A DNA stretch of 64,000 bases from Segetibacter sp. (GTDB lineage Bacteria > Bacteroidota > Bacteroidia > Chitinophagales > Chitinophagaceae), in the NCBI GenBank assembly GCA_028288485.1, contig JAQBNO010000174.1, forward strand, positions 59,955 to 123,954, in the 5' to 3' direction. Positions within the stretch are counted from its first letter, which is position 1. The number at the start of each line of letters is the position of its first letter. The notes under the pieces are model-generated. The model made no database searches. It worked only from the letters and a program-made list of their open reading frames with translations, and was not told where the DNA came from. Made by a program: the position numbers and the translations under genes. This document shows, one piece after another, positions 29,411 to 39,365 of this stretch.

Positions 29411-30409
29411 TTATGGGAGGTCCTTTTTCAATCGGTGCATCTGGTTGGTAAGCAGGTTTTCAAGTGTCCATTCCACCTTATGTTCGAAAGCATGCTGTCG
29501 AACAGGGCACGAAAATTTATCGCACAGGCGGCAGCTAAACGGCATGCAGCCGTCTGTGTGAACAAAAAATTCGATGGTGGTACCAAATTCTGTCGTAATG
29601 AGGTTAATCAGGGTATCAATTTCTCCCTGCGCTTCATGAACGTTCAAATACCAGGGCACAGTAAGGTGGCAATCTATGTGAAGATGGCTGCCATATTTTA
29701 TAATGCGGAAGTTATGCAGGTCTATCCAGTTTACCCGCCTGTTTTCGTTTAGTACACCTACTATTTCCTGCAACAGGTGCATATCCTGTTCGTCCATAAT
29801 TCCGGCGAGCGATTCACGTATAATTTTATAGCCGTTGTAAATTATGTATAAGCTCATTGCCCCTGCGATAACCTTATCTATCCAGAAAAGTTTAGTTAAC
29901 AGCATTATAATCAGCCCGGCTATTATTGCAAGAGTAGAGTAGGTATCGGTTTGCAAATGTCTGCCGCTGGCAAGTAAGGCAAGCGACCGGTTTTTCTTCC
30001 CGATTGAAAGACAAACAGAACCAGCAAGATAATTTACTATTGCAGTTATCGCCACCATAACTAACCCCATATCGAGCTTGCCTACCCGGCTTGGTTTAAT
30101 GATGTGCGCAGCAGTTTCGTACAGTATTAGAACCCCGGCAGCTACAATTAAAGTTCCTTCAACAGCAGCAGAAACAAACTCTGCTTTTCCATGTCCATAT
30201 GGATGATCTTCATCACTTGGTTTTGCAGCTACATACAAACTATACAAACCAATACCCCCGGCAACTACATTAACGATGCTTTCCAGTGCATCTGTTAAAA
30301 TCGCCAATGAATTAGTGATGTAAAAAGCGATCACCTTGGCAACAAAAAGAACAACGGATAAAGCCGTTATCCATTTCTGTACTTTAAGATTATAGCTTGC
30401 CGGTTGCAA
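29411..30409 (-). CDS. cation diffusion facilitator (CDF) family metal efflux transporter
   Basis: 332 aa with six TM helices. Motifs LTDALES, HPYGHGKAEF and HLQTDT, plus a Cys-rich C-terminal tail (DGCMPFSCRLCDKFSCP). Confidence 0.85.
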   Translation of the reverse strand: MQPASYNLKVQKWITALSVVLFVAKVIAFYITNSLAILTDALESIVNVVAGGIGLYSLYVAAKPSDEDHPYGHGKAEFVSAAVEGTLIVAAGVLILYETAAHIIKPSRVGKLDMGLVMVAITAIVNYLAGSVCLSIGKKNRSLALLASGRHLQTDTYSTLAIIAGLIIMLLTKLFWIDKVIAGAMSLYIIYNGYKIIRESLAGIMDEQDMHLLQEIVGVLNENRRVNWIDLHNFRIIKYGSHLHIDCHLTVPWYLNVHEAQGEIDTLINLITTEFGTTIEFFVHTDGCMPFSCRLCDKFSCPVRQHAFEHKVEWTLENLLTNQMHRLKKDLP

Positions 30410-30573
30410 ATGTTGAGGAGTTGTTGATTTGATGAGTCAGTAATTATTGAAAGGAATATTTATTGAACTTAGACAAGCTGCTTCACGCGCTTGTTAAACT
30501 ATTTTTGCCAGGCTATTTTCCCACCGGGAAAAAAAGCCGATAAAGAAATTCGTGACCGGCGTAGTGCAGGCAT

Positions 30574-30603
30574 TAAAAAGCACTGCAAATGTAGCAGTGC
30601 CTT
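30574..30603 (-). terminator. hairpin terminator (minus strand), distal to the SOD gene
   Basis: 7-bp stem gcactgc/gcagtgc. The minus-strand reading is followed by ttttt. Confidence 0.45.
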
Positions 30604-30757
30604 TGTTTAGTTTGCTGATTAATTTTTGCCCCTTACAGCACGTAATTCAAATTGATTTGCTCATTTCTTTGTTGCTTGAAAGTGCGCGACACAAACCCCA
30701 CCTCGTAAAAACCTCGCACGAAGAAGCTCGTTGTAAATACGCTGATTTCTTTTTGCC

Positions 30758-30845
30758 GTACAAGTGTACGACGCAAGAAACTCGTGGGGTGGCCCCAAAC
30801 CATGCAAAATGAACTTTTAGTGCGATCATTTATAGCTCAAGCCGC
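30758..30845. repeat. composite repeat: an inverted core-B-like copy (30758..30780) plus a 60-nt family-C unit (30786..30845)
   Basis: gtacaagtgtacgacgcaagaaa, then ggggtggccccaaaccatgcaaaatgaacttttagtgcgatcatttatagctcaagccgc. The second part is about 88% identical to the reverse complement of 44563..44622. Confidence 0.7.
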
Positions 30846-30883
30846 AACTTGTAGCCTGCAACCTGTAACTCGTAACTCTTTCC

Positions 30884-31642
30884 CTACTTCATAGCTGCAT
30901 CATAACGATCACTTACAAATTTCCAGTTTACAACGTTCCACCAACTGGTGATATAATCCGGCCTTTTATTTTGGTATTTAAGGTAGTAAGCATGCTCCCA
31001 AACATCTAAGCCTAAAACAGGGAAGCCCTTTAAATCACTAACATTCATTAAAGGATTATCTTGGTTGGGTGTAGAGCCGATCCTGAGTTGTTTATCGCTC
31101 GTTAGTACCAGCCATGCCCAACCACTGCCAAAACGGTTTTTCCCCGCATCACTAAACTGTGTAGTGAATGCTTCGAACGAACCGAATGATTTTTGAATAG
31201 CGCTCATTAACGCTTCAGCAGGCAGAGCGTTGGTTTTTGGTCCCATCACTTTCCAGAATAATTCGTGATTGTAATGACCGCCGCCATTATTGCGCATCTT
31301 TGCCGAATACTTCGAGATATTAGCTAGCAAACTTTCGAGGCTCATACTGCCCGTATTTACGCCTTCTGCTACCGTAGCCTCCGCGAGGTTTTTTGTATAA
31401 GTAGCTGCGTGTTTTGTATAGTGAATCTCCATAGTAAGCGCATCAATCGAAGGCTCAAGTGCCTTATAATTATAAGGTAAAGGTTGTTGAGTATAAGGAG
31501 TAGGAGGGGTATTTACGGCAATTGCATGAGCACTGCTGCACGAAAAAGCCGACGGTAAAACAGTCGCAGAGAGCCCAAGACCTAAGCCGGCTTTGCCGGT
31601 TTTTTGAATAAAATTTCTCCTGGAGAGTTCATTGTTTTTCAT
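30884..31642 (-). CDS. Fe/Mn-family superoxide dismutase with Tat signal peptide
   Basis: 252 aa with twin-arginine leader SRRNFIQKTGKAG. SOD motifs HYTKHHA-like (IHYTKHAATY), GGGHYNHELFW and DVWEHAYYLKYQN. Confidence 0.9.
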   Translation of the reverse strand: MKNNELSRRNFIQKTGKAGLGLGLSATVLPSAFSCSSAHAIAVNTPPTPYTQQPLPYNYKALEPSIDALTMEIHYTKHAATYTKNLAEATVAEGVNTGSMSLESLLANISKYSAKMRNNGGGHYNHELFWKVMGPKTNALPAEALMSAIQKSFGSFEAFTTQFSDAGKNRFGSGWAWLVLTSDKQLRIGSTPNQDNPLMNVSDLKGFPVLGLDVWEHAYYLKYQNKRPDYITSWWNVVNWKFVSDRYDAAMK

Positions 31643-33090
31643 ACAGTGACTTTTGATTTAATTCTTTTGTTTTTAAAAGTAGCTAAAAATATTCGAAGCT
31701 TTTTAAATGACCGGTAATAATACTCCTGGTTAAACAATTGCGAATCCTGCATAGCCTTATGCGTAAGAAAAATGCTGATTGGAACCAGGATGGCTGTTGA
31801 AAGCCACATGCCACTAAAAGGTGACATTACGTTGCCTTTCACAAATTTTTCCCCGAAAGTATTTAACAGGTGAAAGATCACAAAGAAAATAACTGCAAAA
31901 ACCAAAGGCGTTCCGAGACCGCCCTTTCTAATGATGGATCCTAACGGAGCGCCGATTAAAAATAAAACAATGCACGCAGCAGATAAAGTGAACTTGCGAT
32001 GCCATTCAATTGCATTATAATCGAGTTCCTTTTGTTTCGCCTCATATTCTGTTGCTAACAATTCAATATTTGTTTTAGCTGAATTTAATTGAATTTGCAT
32101 CCGGTCTTTTATCGTCGCCTTAGCAGAATCCGGAATTATTTGAGCAATCGTTTTAATGTTTGCAAGTTCTTTTTCATCAACACTTACCAAGCCTGTATCG
32201 GCATATTTGGTAAAGGCAAAATAAGGAGAAACTTCTGTTTGCGACCTGTTTTGAAAATAAGGACCAAAATTAGAGAGAGAGTCCAGGGTTTTGTTTAATT
32301 GCCGTATGCTTAACATTTTGTAGTTGTCGGCAAAAGCACTGTCCGATGTTTTATTCATTTTAAAGCTACTAACATCCAATACCTTTTTATACTCTTTAAA
32401 GCCTAGTCTTATAAATTCAGTATTTGTAGTAAGCCTGCTTCCTTTTTCCTGGTAACGCCAGCCATTTTTCAAATCAAACTCTAATTTGTCTCCGCGAGTG
32501 TTCATAGTACCACTTTCAGCAATGAGACTATAATCCTGAAGGCCGTAATTCTTTTCGTAAATGACCACATTTTTAATCGTATTGCCGTCTTTTGACTTCT
32601 GACCTATTTTAATTACATAGCCTTCTATCTTATCGTAGAAAATGCCTTCTTTAATGTCGAGGGTCGGTTTTGATACGATGATATCATATTTTAGGGTATT
32701 AAATTTTAATGCGGCAACAGGCATGATGTTATTTGCAAACAAAAAGGAAATGCCCGAGATAAAAACAGTGACAATAATTAACGGCTGCATAAACCGCAGC
32801 AAGGGAATGCCAGCTGACTTAATGGCTACTAATTCAAAACTTTCGCCAAGGTTGCCAAAAGTCATAATGGAAGAAAGTAATAAAGCCAATGGTAAAGCAA
32901 GCGGAACCCAGGTTACTGCCACAAGCCCGGTTAAATAGGCTAGCGTTCCCACATCAAGTCCTTTACCTACAAGATCGTCAATATACAGCCAGAAGAACTG
33001 CATGATCAGAACGAACAACGAAATAAAGAATGTTGCGAAAAACGGTCCGATAAAAGCTTTTATTATTAAGGTGTCGAGTTTTTTAATCAC
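31639..33090 (-). CDS. LptF/LptG (YjgP/YjgQ) family permease
   Basis: 483 aa. N-terminal FIGPFFATFFISLFVLIMQFFW pattern, six TM helices and a large periplasmic loop. Its stop overlaps the SOD start (ATGA). Confidence 0.8.
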   Translation of the reverse strand: MIKKLDTLIIKAFIGPFFATFFISLFVLIMQFFWLYIDDLVGKGLDVGTLAYLTGLVAVTWVPLALPLALLLSSIMTFGNLGESFELVAIKSAGIPLLRFMQPLIIVTVFISGISFLFANNIMPVAALKFNTLKYDIIVSKPTLDIKEGIFYDKIEGYVIKIGQKSKDGNTIKNVVIYEKNYGLQDYSLIAESGTMNTRGDKLEFDLKNGWRYQEKGSRLTTNTEFIRLGFKEYKKVLDVSSFKMNKTSDSAFADNYKMLSIRQLNKTLDSLSNFGPYFQNRSQTEVSPYFAFTKYADTGLVSVDEKELANIKTIAQIIPDSAKATIKDRMQIQLNSAKTNIELLATEYEAKQKELDYNAIEWHRKFTLSAACIVLFLIGAPLGSIIRKGGLGTPLVFAVIFFVIFHLLNTFGEKFVKGNVMSPFSGMWLSTAILVPISIFLTHKAMQDSQLFNQEYYYRSFKKLRIFLATFKNKRIKSKVTV

Positions 33091-33215
33091 TTTGCAATTG
33101 TTTACTTCCTTGCTGGTTCGGCAAAAATACTGTTTTGCCTAACAGTATGGGGGTAAGTAAATTTTTGGTTTGATTAATTAACAAACGCTTCAGTTACATT
33201 TATTAATACCGTTTC

Positions 33216-33812
33216 ATGATTAGTTCCCTTACAGCTTACGAAATGCAACTTGTTACCGATCCGCAAATTCTACTCGCAAAAAACAACATAATCAAGGTAG
33301 TATATAAACGTTTTGGGGACTTGGCAAGCCGGTATCAAAAAGAGTTGGAGGATATAACTGTGGAAAGCGAAGCTTCAATGAGTGCAAAAATTTCTCGTGG
33401 AGAGAATTACAAGGGACTTCCTTATGTTATCATGGATTACCCGAGGCATTTTAGTAAGACCGATGTTTTTGCTATTCGCACTTTTTTTTGGTGGGGTAAT
33501 TTTTTTAGTATTACTCTTCAGCTTTCGGGGCAATACCAAAGCAAATATGCTAATAATATCGAGGGTGCAATTCGACACGATTGTTTTTCAGGCTGGTTTA
33601 TTGGGAATTCCGCAAACCAATGGGAACATCATTTTGAAACAGGGAATTATATGCCTGTTGAGAAAGACAAAGATTACAACGTTGACAAACTGCCGTTTTT
33701 AAAACTTGCAAAAAAAATCCCACTTGGTAAGTGGGACGAAATAGATTCTTTTTTTACCGGAAATTTTAGCCTGTTAATTAAAGTGCTTACCAGCTATGCT
33801 CCAATCCGGTGA
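33216..33812 (+). CDS. hypothetical protein
   Basis: 198-aa ORF with coding-like composition. I recognised no motif. Confidence 0.4.
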   Translation: MISSLTAYEMQLVTDPQILLAKNNIIKVVYKRFGDLASRYQKELEDITVESEASMSAKISRGENYKGLPYVIMDYPRHFSKTDVFAIRTFFWWGNFFSITLQLSGQYQSKYANNIEGAIRHDCFSGWFIGNSANQWEHHFETGNYMPVEKDKDYNVDKLPFLKLAKKIPLGKWDEIDSFFTGNFSLLIKVLTSYAPIR

Positions 33813-34177
33813 AACAGGTCTTTCACCTGGTACTCCCATAGCTGACTTTGGTCTTTTATCTCTTTTTTTTCTGCAAAATCTTTAATGATCAATATCGTTT
33901 GATTGGTAACCTCAGATTTGTCTATTTCAAACTCAAAGTATTCCTCCTTTGGTGCGTGTAACCAATGAAATCGCACAAATTTATTTTCCTGCATGTCGAG
34001 TAACTGCGCCTTTTCGGTGGAATCGTTCCACGTAAAGGTAAAAACGTGTTCTTTGCTTTCATCAACCTTATCGGCAAACCATTCTCCTAATCCCGCAGGG
34101 GTTGATAAAAATTCGAATAAAATACTCGGCGAACTTCTAACCGGGTATTCCAATGTGTACAATTGTTTTTTGCTCAT
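33794..34177 (-). CDS. START-like / SRPBCC (AHSA1-like) domain protein
   Basis: 127 aa. The YTLEYPVRSSPSILFEFLSTPAGLGEWFADKV pattern is typical of START-like proteins. Confidence 0.65.
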   Translation of the reverse strand: MSKKQLYTLEYPVRSSPSILFEFLSTPAGLGEWFADKVDESKEHVFTFTWNDSTEKAQLLDMQENKFVRFHWLHAPKEEYFEFEIDKSEVTNQTILIIKDFAEKKEIKDQSQLWEYQVKDLFHRIGA

Positions 34178-34474
34178 AATATTCTATTGTCGTAGAAACG
34201 AAAGTTTGCAATAATATTAAAATTATAATAGAGCCAAAATATTTTTTTCTTTTTTAAGTATTAAATCCTGCTAAATGCTTAAATTTTAATTAAAAGAATG
34301 CCGTTCACGTAGGCAGATTACCGTTGAAAATAATGTTCTAACATCGAACCTATTAATTTTTTTTTTGTTACATAAAACCTTCTTACTTTGGTGGTAAGAA
34401 ATCTCCCCCCTCTTAACCGTCACAATTTTTTTTATCATGTAATTCATTTTAGTACCCTAAAATCTAACCAGCGT

Positions 34475-35347
34475 ATGAGTATGCGTCAGCTCAAGATCAC
34501 GAAATCTATTACTAACCGTGAATCGCAAAGCCTGGAAAAATATCTACAGGAAATAGGTAAAGTTGAACTAATAGCCCCGGAAGAAGAGGTAGCATTGGCT
34601 GTAAAGATTAAGCAAGGAGATCAGAAAGCTCTTGAAAGATTAACCAAAGCAAATCTGCGATTCGTTGTATCTGTTGCAAAACAGTACCAGAACCAAGGTC
34701 TAACATTGCCCGACCTTATTAACGAAGGCAATCTCGGTCTTATTAAAGCCGCCCAGCGCTTCGATGAAACAAGAGGTTTTAAATTTATTTCATATGCAGT
34801 TTGGTGGATCCGCCAAAGCATTCTGCAGGCCCTGGCCGAACAAAGCCGAATTGTTCGTTTACCCCTGAATAAAGTTGGACTTACAAACAGAATCAGCAAA
34901 GCATACCAGTTGCTCGAACAGGAGTTTGAAAGGGAGCCTACAGCAGAAGAGTTGGCAGATCTTCTTAATATTACTTCAGAGGAAGTATCAACGACCTTAC
35001 AAATGGCTACCAGGCATGTAAGCGTCGACAGCCCGCTTTCGGATGGAGAAGATAATACTTTGATCGACGTATTGGTTAACAACAATGCAACTGGAACAGA
35101 TGAAAGACTGGTACATGATGAGTCATTGAAAATGGAAATTGACCGGTCATTAAGAGCGCTTACTGAAAGGCAAAAAAACGTGATCTGCTTTTTTTACGGA
35201 ATTGGGGTCGATCATCCTTTAAGCCTCGAAGATATAGGCGAGCGGTATTCTCTTACCCGTGAAAGGGTAAGGCAAATTAAAGACAAGGCGATCACAAAGC
35301 TGAGAACAACATCGAGGTGTAAAGAGCTTCGGGTGTACCTGGGCTGA
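34475..35347 (+). CDS. rpoD: primary RNA polymerase sigma factor (sigma-70 family, Bacteroidota sigma-A type)
   Basis: Start moved to [20 protein letters not shown]... Regions 2 to 4 are present: [26 protein letters not shown] and [14 protein letters not shown]. Confidence 0.9.
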   Translation: MSMRQLKITKSITNRESQSLEKYLQEIGKVELIAPEEEVALAVKIKQGDQKALERLTKANLRFVVSVAKQYQNQGLTLPDLINEGNLGLIKAAQRFDETRGFKFISYAVWWIRQSILQALAEQSRIVRLPLNKVGLTNRISKAYQLLEQEFEREPTAEELADLLNITSEEVSTTLQMATRHVSVDSPLSDGEDNTLIDVLVNNNATGTDERLVHDESLKMEIDRSLRALTERQKNVICFFYGIGVDHPLSLEDIGERYSLTRERVRQIKDKAITKLRTTSRCKELRVYLG

Positions 35348-35408
35348 GGTTGAAATGAGCAATGCTGGAAAATTCTTCAGGTATGTACATTTATTATTTC
35401 AGTTTTTT

Positions 35409-35543
35409 GGTTCCGGCTGAATTCATGAATTAAACATCGTTGCCACGCTCGCTTGTACTGTAACACACTATTCAGCGTGGCAGTTTTTACCCTGAACCTA
35501 CCGAAGGGTACCTTAAGTTTGTCGAAGGAGCGCACTCTTGTAC
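35409..35543 (+). repeat. composite intergenic repeat element, twin of 8455..8592
   Basis: Core-B copy at 35435..35458. Stem gccacgct (35442..35449) / agcgtggc (35474..35481). Module cagtttttaccctgaacctaccgaagggtaccttaag (35481..35517). Partial second core gcgcactcttgtac (35530..35543). Confidence 0.7.
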
Positions 35544-35644
35544 TATATATACTTTTTCAACCATGCAAGCCATTAGGAAAATTACAAAGTAGCGGATAAG
35601 AACTATAATCGATTTTTAAACCAGACTTAATATATTTGCATATA

Positions 35645-35679
35645 AAGTGAATACAATTTAACTGTATTCACTTTTTTTT
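35645..35679 (+). terminator. terminator-like hairpin 60 nt upstream of ffh
   Basis: aagtgaatac-..-gtattcactt followed by a T-run. A TATATTTG (-7 type) box precedes it at 35631..35638. Confidence 0.45.
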
Positions 35680-35741
35680 ATTTACGAAGTTTAATGGAGA
35701 AAATCTCCGTAATCATATAAAATCTTTAAATCTGCGATAAT

Positions 35742-37064
35742 ATGTTTGAAAGTTTAAGTGAACGGCTCGAGGGTGCGTTTAAGAACCTGAAAGGTGAAGC
35801 CAAGATAACCGAGTTAAATATCGCGGCTACTGTAAAAGAAATCCGCAGAGCATTGGTAGATGCCGACGTTAACTATAAAATAGCGAAAGAATTTACCGAT
35901 AAAGTAAAAGATATCGCTTTGGGAACAAAGGTGATCAACGCCGTTAGCCCCGGCCAATTGATGACCAAGATCGTAAAAGATGAACTTGCCGAGTTAATGG
36001 GTGGAACCGAAAGTGCTTTTAACATGACCGGCAACCCTGCCGTTATATTAATTGCCGGGCTCCAGGGTAGTGGTAAAACAACTTTTAGTGGTAAGCTGGC
36101 CAATTACCTTAAGAGTAAAGGTAAGAGCCCTTTGCTGGTAGCTTGCGATATTTACCGTCCTGCGGCTATTGATCAGCTAATGGTTTTGGGCGGACAGGTA
36201 GGAGTGGAGGTGTACAGCGAAAGGGAAAATAAAAACGCCGTTGAAATTGCACAGAATGCAATCAAAGAAGCAAAGGGGAAAAACAAGAATGTTGTTATTA
36301 TCGATACGGCTGGTCGCCTTGCAATCGACGAGGTGATGATGACCGAGGTAGCGAACATTAAAAGTGCGGTTAACCCGCAGGAAATTTTATTTGTTGTAGA
36401 CAGTATGACCGGCCAGGATGCTGTTAACACTGCAAAGGCTTTTAACGACAGGCTAGACTTTACCGGTGTTGTATTAACGAAGCTTGATGGTGACACACGA
36501 GGCGGTGCAGCATTGTCGATTAAATATACAGTTGAAAAACCGATCAAATTTGTAAGCAGCGGCGAAAAGCTCGATACGCTCGATGTGTTCTACCCCGATC
36601 GTATGGCCCAGCGTATTTTAGGAATGGGTGATATAACCACATTGGTAGAAAAAGCGCAGTTACAATACGATGAAGAGCAGGCGAAAAGACTTGAAAAGAA
36701 AATCCGTAAAAACCAATTCGATTTCCAGGACTTTTTAGACCAATTGCAGCAGATCAAGAAAATGGGTAACCTTAAAGATTTGATGGCAATGATTCCTGGT
36801 GTAGGTAAGGCTATAAAAGATGTAGACATCAGCGACGATGCTTTTAAAGGAATTGAGGCAATCATTAAAAGCATGACTCCTTACGAAAGAAATAACCCTG
36901 ATGAAATAAACCAAAGCCGCAAACAACGCATCGCCAAAGGTTCTGGTAAAGACATGACCGAAGTAAATGCATTCATGAAACAGTTCGACCAAATGCGCGA
37001 AATGATGAAAATGATGAATAAAATGCCTATGGGTATGGGTAAGATGCCGGGGATGAGGAGGTAG
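35742..37064 (+). CDS. ffh: signal recognition particle protein
   Basis: 440 aa. GLQGSGKTT, DTAGRL and TKLDGD GTPase motifs, with a Met-rich C-terminal M domain. Confidence 0.95.
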   Translation: MFESLSERLEGAFKNLKGEAKITELNIAATVKEIRRALVDADVNYKIAKEFTDKVKDIALGTKVINAVSPGQLMTKIVKDELAELMGGTESAFNMTGNPAVILIAGLQGSGKTTFSGKLANYLKSKGKSPLLVACDIYRPAAIDQLMVLGGQVGVEVYSERENKNAVEIAQNAIKEAKGKNKNVVIIDTAGRLAIDEVMMTEVANIKSAVNPQEILFVVDSMTGQDAVNTAKAFNDRLDFTGVVLTKLDGDTRGGAALSIKYTVEKPIKFVSSGEKLDTLDVFYPDRMAQRILGMGDITTLVEKAQLQYDEEQAKRLEKKIRKNQFDFQDFLDQLQQIKKMGNLKDLMAMIPGVGKAIKDVDISDDAFKGIEAIIKSMTPYERNNPDEINQSRKQRIAKGSGKDMTEVNAFMKQFDQMREMMKMMNKMPMGMGKMPGMRR

Positions 37065-37152
37065 TTTTTTTAAAAGTTTACTAGTGATAGGTTGTTAAGT
37101 TATAATGGAAGAAGAAGCAACTTGTTGTTGGGAGGAATATAATTGGTAATAG

Positions 37153-37185
37153 AAAAAAGCCGGCACATTTAGCCGGCTTTTTTTA
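37153..37185. terminator. rho-independent terminator after ffh
   Basis: aaaaagccggc-acattta-gccggcttttttt. Confidence 0.6.
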
Positions 37186-37261
37186 TATTCATAAAAATAT
37201 TTCGGATGTATTGTACTTCTAACTGTTTACGAATAAAAAGATGAATAAGGAGCCTGAAAGT

Positions 37262-37283
37262 AAAAGTGAGTGACACAACGATG
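37262..37283 (-). repeat. core-A repeat copy
   Basis: The reverse complement reads catcgttgtgtcactcactttt. Confidence 0.7.
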
Positions 37284-37374
37284 TTGAAAATTGGTTTACC
37301 GCTAGTCTCCCAAAAACTTTTAATAGAACTATTATGTTAACTCCTCAAAACCGTTCAACACCTGCCATTCCTGT

Positions 37375-38307
37375 TTATCTTTCTGCCGGGAGGTTTACTA
37401 TGTAACTCTTCCCCGGCGCTACAATTAATGATTTTCCACGCATCCAGGGGTTCAGGAGTTTTAGCATTTTGTAGTTGGTGCCATTGTCTAACGACCATTG
37501 TGCCAGGTTAGAAATGGAAGAGGATACGTTTACCGGTCTTGTTTTAAATTGTTTGTAGCCGTTGCCTTCGTTTACCGTGTATCCCATTTCCTTCGCATTA
37601 CTCATCAGGTGTTTAAAGCTCAGGATTCTGAAAATATATTTGCTGGTTTCTTCGGGCAACAAAAGGTCGTAATAATATTTTGTTTGCTGAAAAGTTGCCC
37701 AATTATTGTAACCACCCATTCCGCAATTGTAAGAAGCCGCAGCGGCGGTCCAGTTTCCAAATTTGGCGTAGGCCTGTTTCAGGTACTTGCACGCTGCGTC
37801 TGTCGATTTTAATACATTGTAACGATCATCCACATTTTCATTAACTTCTAAATTATATCCCGGTCCGGTTGTTTTCATAAATTGCCAGAAGCCGGTGGCG
37901 CCTACACGTGAGGTAAGGTTCTGCAGGTTACTTTCAGCAACACATAAATATTTAAAATCGTCGGGAACACCATTTTCCTTAAGGCGGGCCTCGATCATCG
38001 GAAAATACCTTTTCGAAAGTTTTAAGATATAGCTGAGGTGGCCCGGGTTATTATAGTTATATATCAGTTCACGATCAAAAGCTTCATGCACTTCCCAACG
38101 GTCTAACGGCACTTCTTCGCCGGCGAACGACATTCGAACAGGAACTTCAGGTAAGTAAAGTGTAGGTGGCGCATATTTTCCAGCCTGCTCATTATTTTTT
38201 ACTTTTTTCTCATTTTCCCGGAATGCGAGTTGAGAGATTAAAAAAATACCGCAAATAACACCTAACGAAAAATAAATGATTGATTTGGTTTTGCCTGTCA
38301 TAAACAT
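37375..38307 (-). CDS. lytic transglycosylase (SLT domain, MltD-like)
   Basis: 310 aa with an N-terminal TM anchor. Motifs CVAESNLQN, GATGFWQFM and AAASYNCGMGG. Confidence 0.8.
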   Translation of the reverse strand: MFMTGKTKSIIYFSLGVICGIFLISQLAFRENEKKVKNNEQAGKYAPPTLYLPEVPVRMSFAGEEVPLDRWEVHEAFDRELIYNYNNPGHLSYILKLSKRYFPMIEARLKENGVPDDFKYLCVAESNLQNLTSRVGATGFWQFMKTTGPGYNLEVNENVDDRYNVLKSTDAACKYLKQAYAKFGNWTAAAASYNCGMGGYNNWATFQQTKYYYDLLLPEETSKYIFRILSFKHLMSNAKEMGYTVNEGNGYKQFKTRPVNVSSSISNLAQWSLDNGTNYKMLKLLNPWMRGKSLIVAPGKSYIVNLPAER

Positions 38308-38452
38308 TCTTATTATTAATAACTCAATTTCAGCTTCTTTTGCTTTGCCAATAAAGTGCTACTACAAATGTTGTTCCTTAAAGATTTCCAAAAATGGGAA
38401 AGGTTAAATTAAATTCGTTAGCGGCATCACAATAAAATCGTTCGCATTTTCC

Positions 38453-38484
38453 TTTGGAACTTTAAACAGGTTGTTTTACATTTG
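38453..38484 (+). promoter_or_regulatory. candidate Bacteroidota sigma-A promoter for rpsP
   Basis: TTTG at 38453..38456 and TACATTTG (TAnnTTTG) at 38477..38484, 20 nt apart and 46 nt upstream of the rpsP ATG. Confidence 0.4.
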
Positions 38485-38530
38485 CCGTCCGTAAATTAAT
38501 TAGTTCACCGCATTTAAATTTCTATTTAAG

Positions 38531-38989
38531 ATGCCAGTAAAAATGAGACTGCAAAGACACGGAAGTAAAAAACGTCCGTTCTATTTTATCGTCGTTGCCG
38601 ATGCACGTGCACCGAGAGATGGTAAGTTCATCCAGAAGATTGGAACTTACAACCCATTAACTGTACCTGCAAGCGTTCAATTAGACCGCCAAAAGGCTTT
38701 GGATTGGTTGCACAAAGGTGCCCAACCAACTGACACAGTTCGTCGTATTCTCTCTTTCAAGGGAGTACTTTACCTGAAACACCTGTTGCGTGGTGTTGGT
38801 TTAGGTTTGTTCGATGATGCTACTGCTATGGAGAAGTTCCAGGTATGGCATACTGAACACGAAGCCCAGGTTAAAAAGCGTACTGAAGACAACCGTAGAA
38901 ACCAAAGGGCAAGGAGAAATCCTCCCGTTGTAAGGCGTGTTGAAAGAGGAAATGAAGCTCCTCCTGCTGAAGGAAATACTCAAGCTTAA
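38531..38989 (+). CDS. rpsP: 30S ribosomal protein S16 with a basic C-terminal extension
   Basis: [34 protein letters not shown].. is canonical S16. At 152 aa it carries an R/E-rich tail. Confidence 0.9.
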   Translation: MPVKMRLQRHGSKKRPFYFIVVADARAPRDGKFIQKIGTYNPLTVPASVQLDRQKALDWLHKGAQPTDTVRRILSFKGVLYLKHLLRGVGLGLFDDATAMEKFQVWHTEHEAQVKKRTEDNRRNQRARRNPPVVRRVERGNEAPPAEGNTQA

Positions 38990-39014
38990 TGTGAAAGGTT
39001 GTAATAACTCTTTT

Positions 39015-39045
39015 AAGTCCCTGGCTCTGTCAGGGACTTTTTTTA
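39015..39045 (+). terminator. rho-independent terminator after rpsP
   Basis: aagtccctg-gctctgt-cagggactt followed by T7. Confidence 0.65.
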
Positions 39046-39073
39046 TGGTACCAGCCTTAGTTCGTTGTGGCAT

Positions 39074-39100
39074 CATCGTTGCGTCGCATTTCGTTCGTAG
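39074..39100 (+). repeat. core-B repeat copy
   Basis: catcgttgcgtcgcatttcgttcgtag, closest to the copy at 902..927. Confidence 0.7.
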
Positions 39101-39365
39101 GCAAACCAATGTGCGGCTTTTTGCTTCCGGGTTGTTTAAGGAAAGTTAAACATCAATGACCTTAACTAAGATCAATGCTCAATTTTCGATTGAGAATGAA
39201 GGTAAAATGGCCGTCAGTTAAATATTGAAAATAGAACACTGTTTATTGAACATTAAAAAATGCTGTAGCGATGTGCTGATTGAATAACATATAAACTATG
39301 GAGTATAAAAATCGGGTCTGCTGGCCTTTCAAGCCCAACACCTCACTCCTTAAACCCTCCACCTT

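Noticed and set aside
34388-34474. N-terminal 29-codon extension of the rpoD ORF, and similarly 44599..44805 for the peroxiredoxin ORF
   Set aside because: The extensions run through repeat or AT-rich upstream DNA, and the family-typical N-termini begin at the internal Met codons (34475 and 44806).
34621-35085. 154-aa minus-strand ORF
   Set aside because: It is antisense to rpoD and is S/L/R-rich with low complexity. It is a shadow ORF.
38800-38989. The long basic C-terminal tail of S16 as a possible gene fusion or frameshift
   Set aside because: The frame is continuous and a clean terminator follows. Extended S16 tails are common in Bacteroidota.
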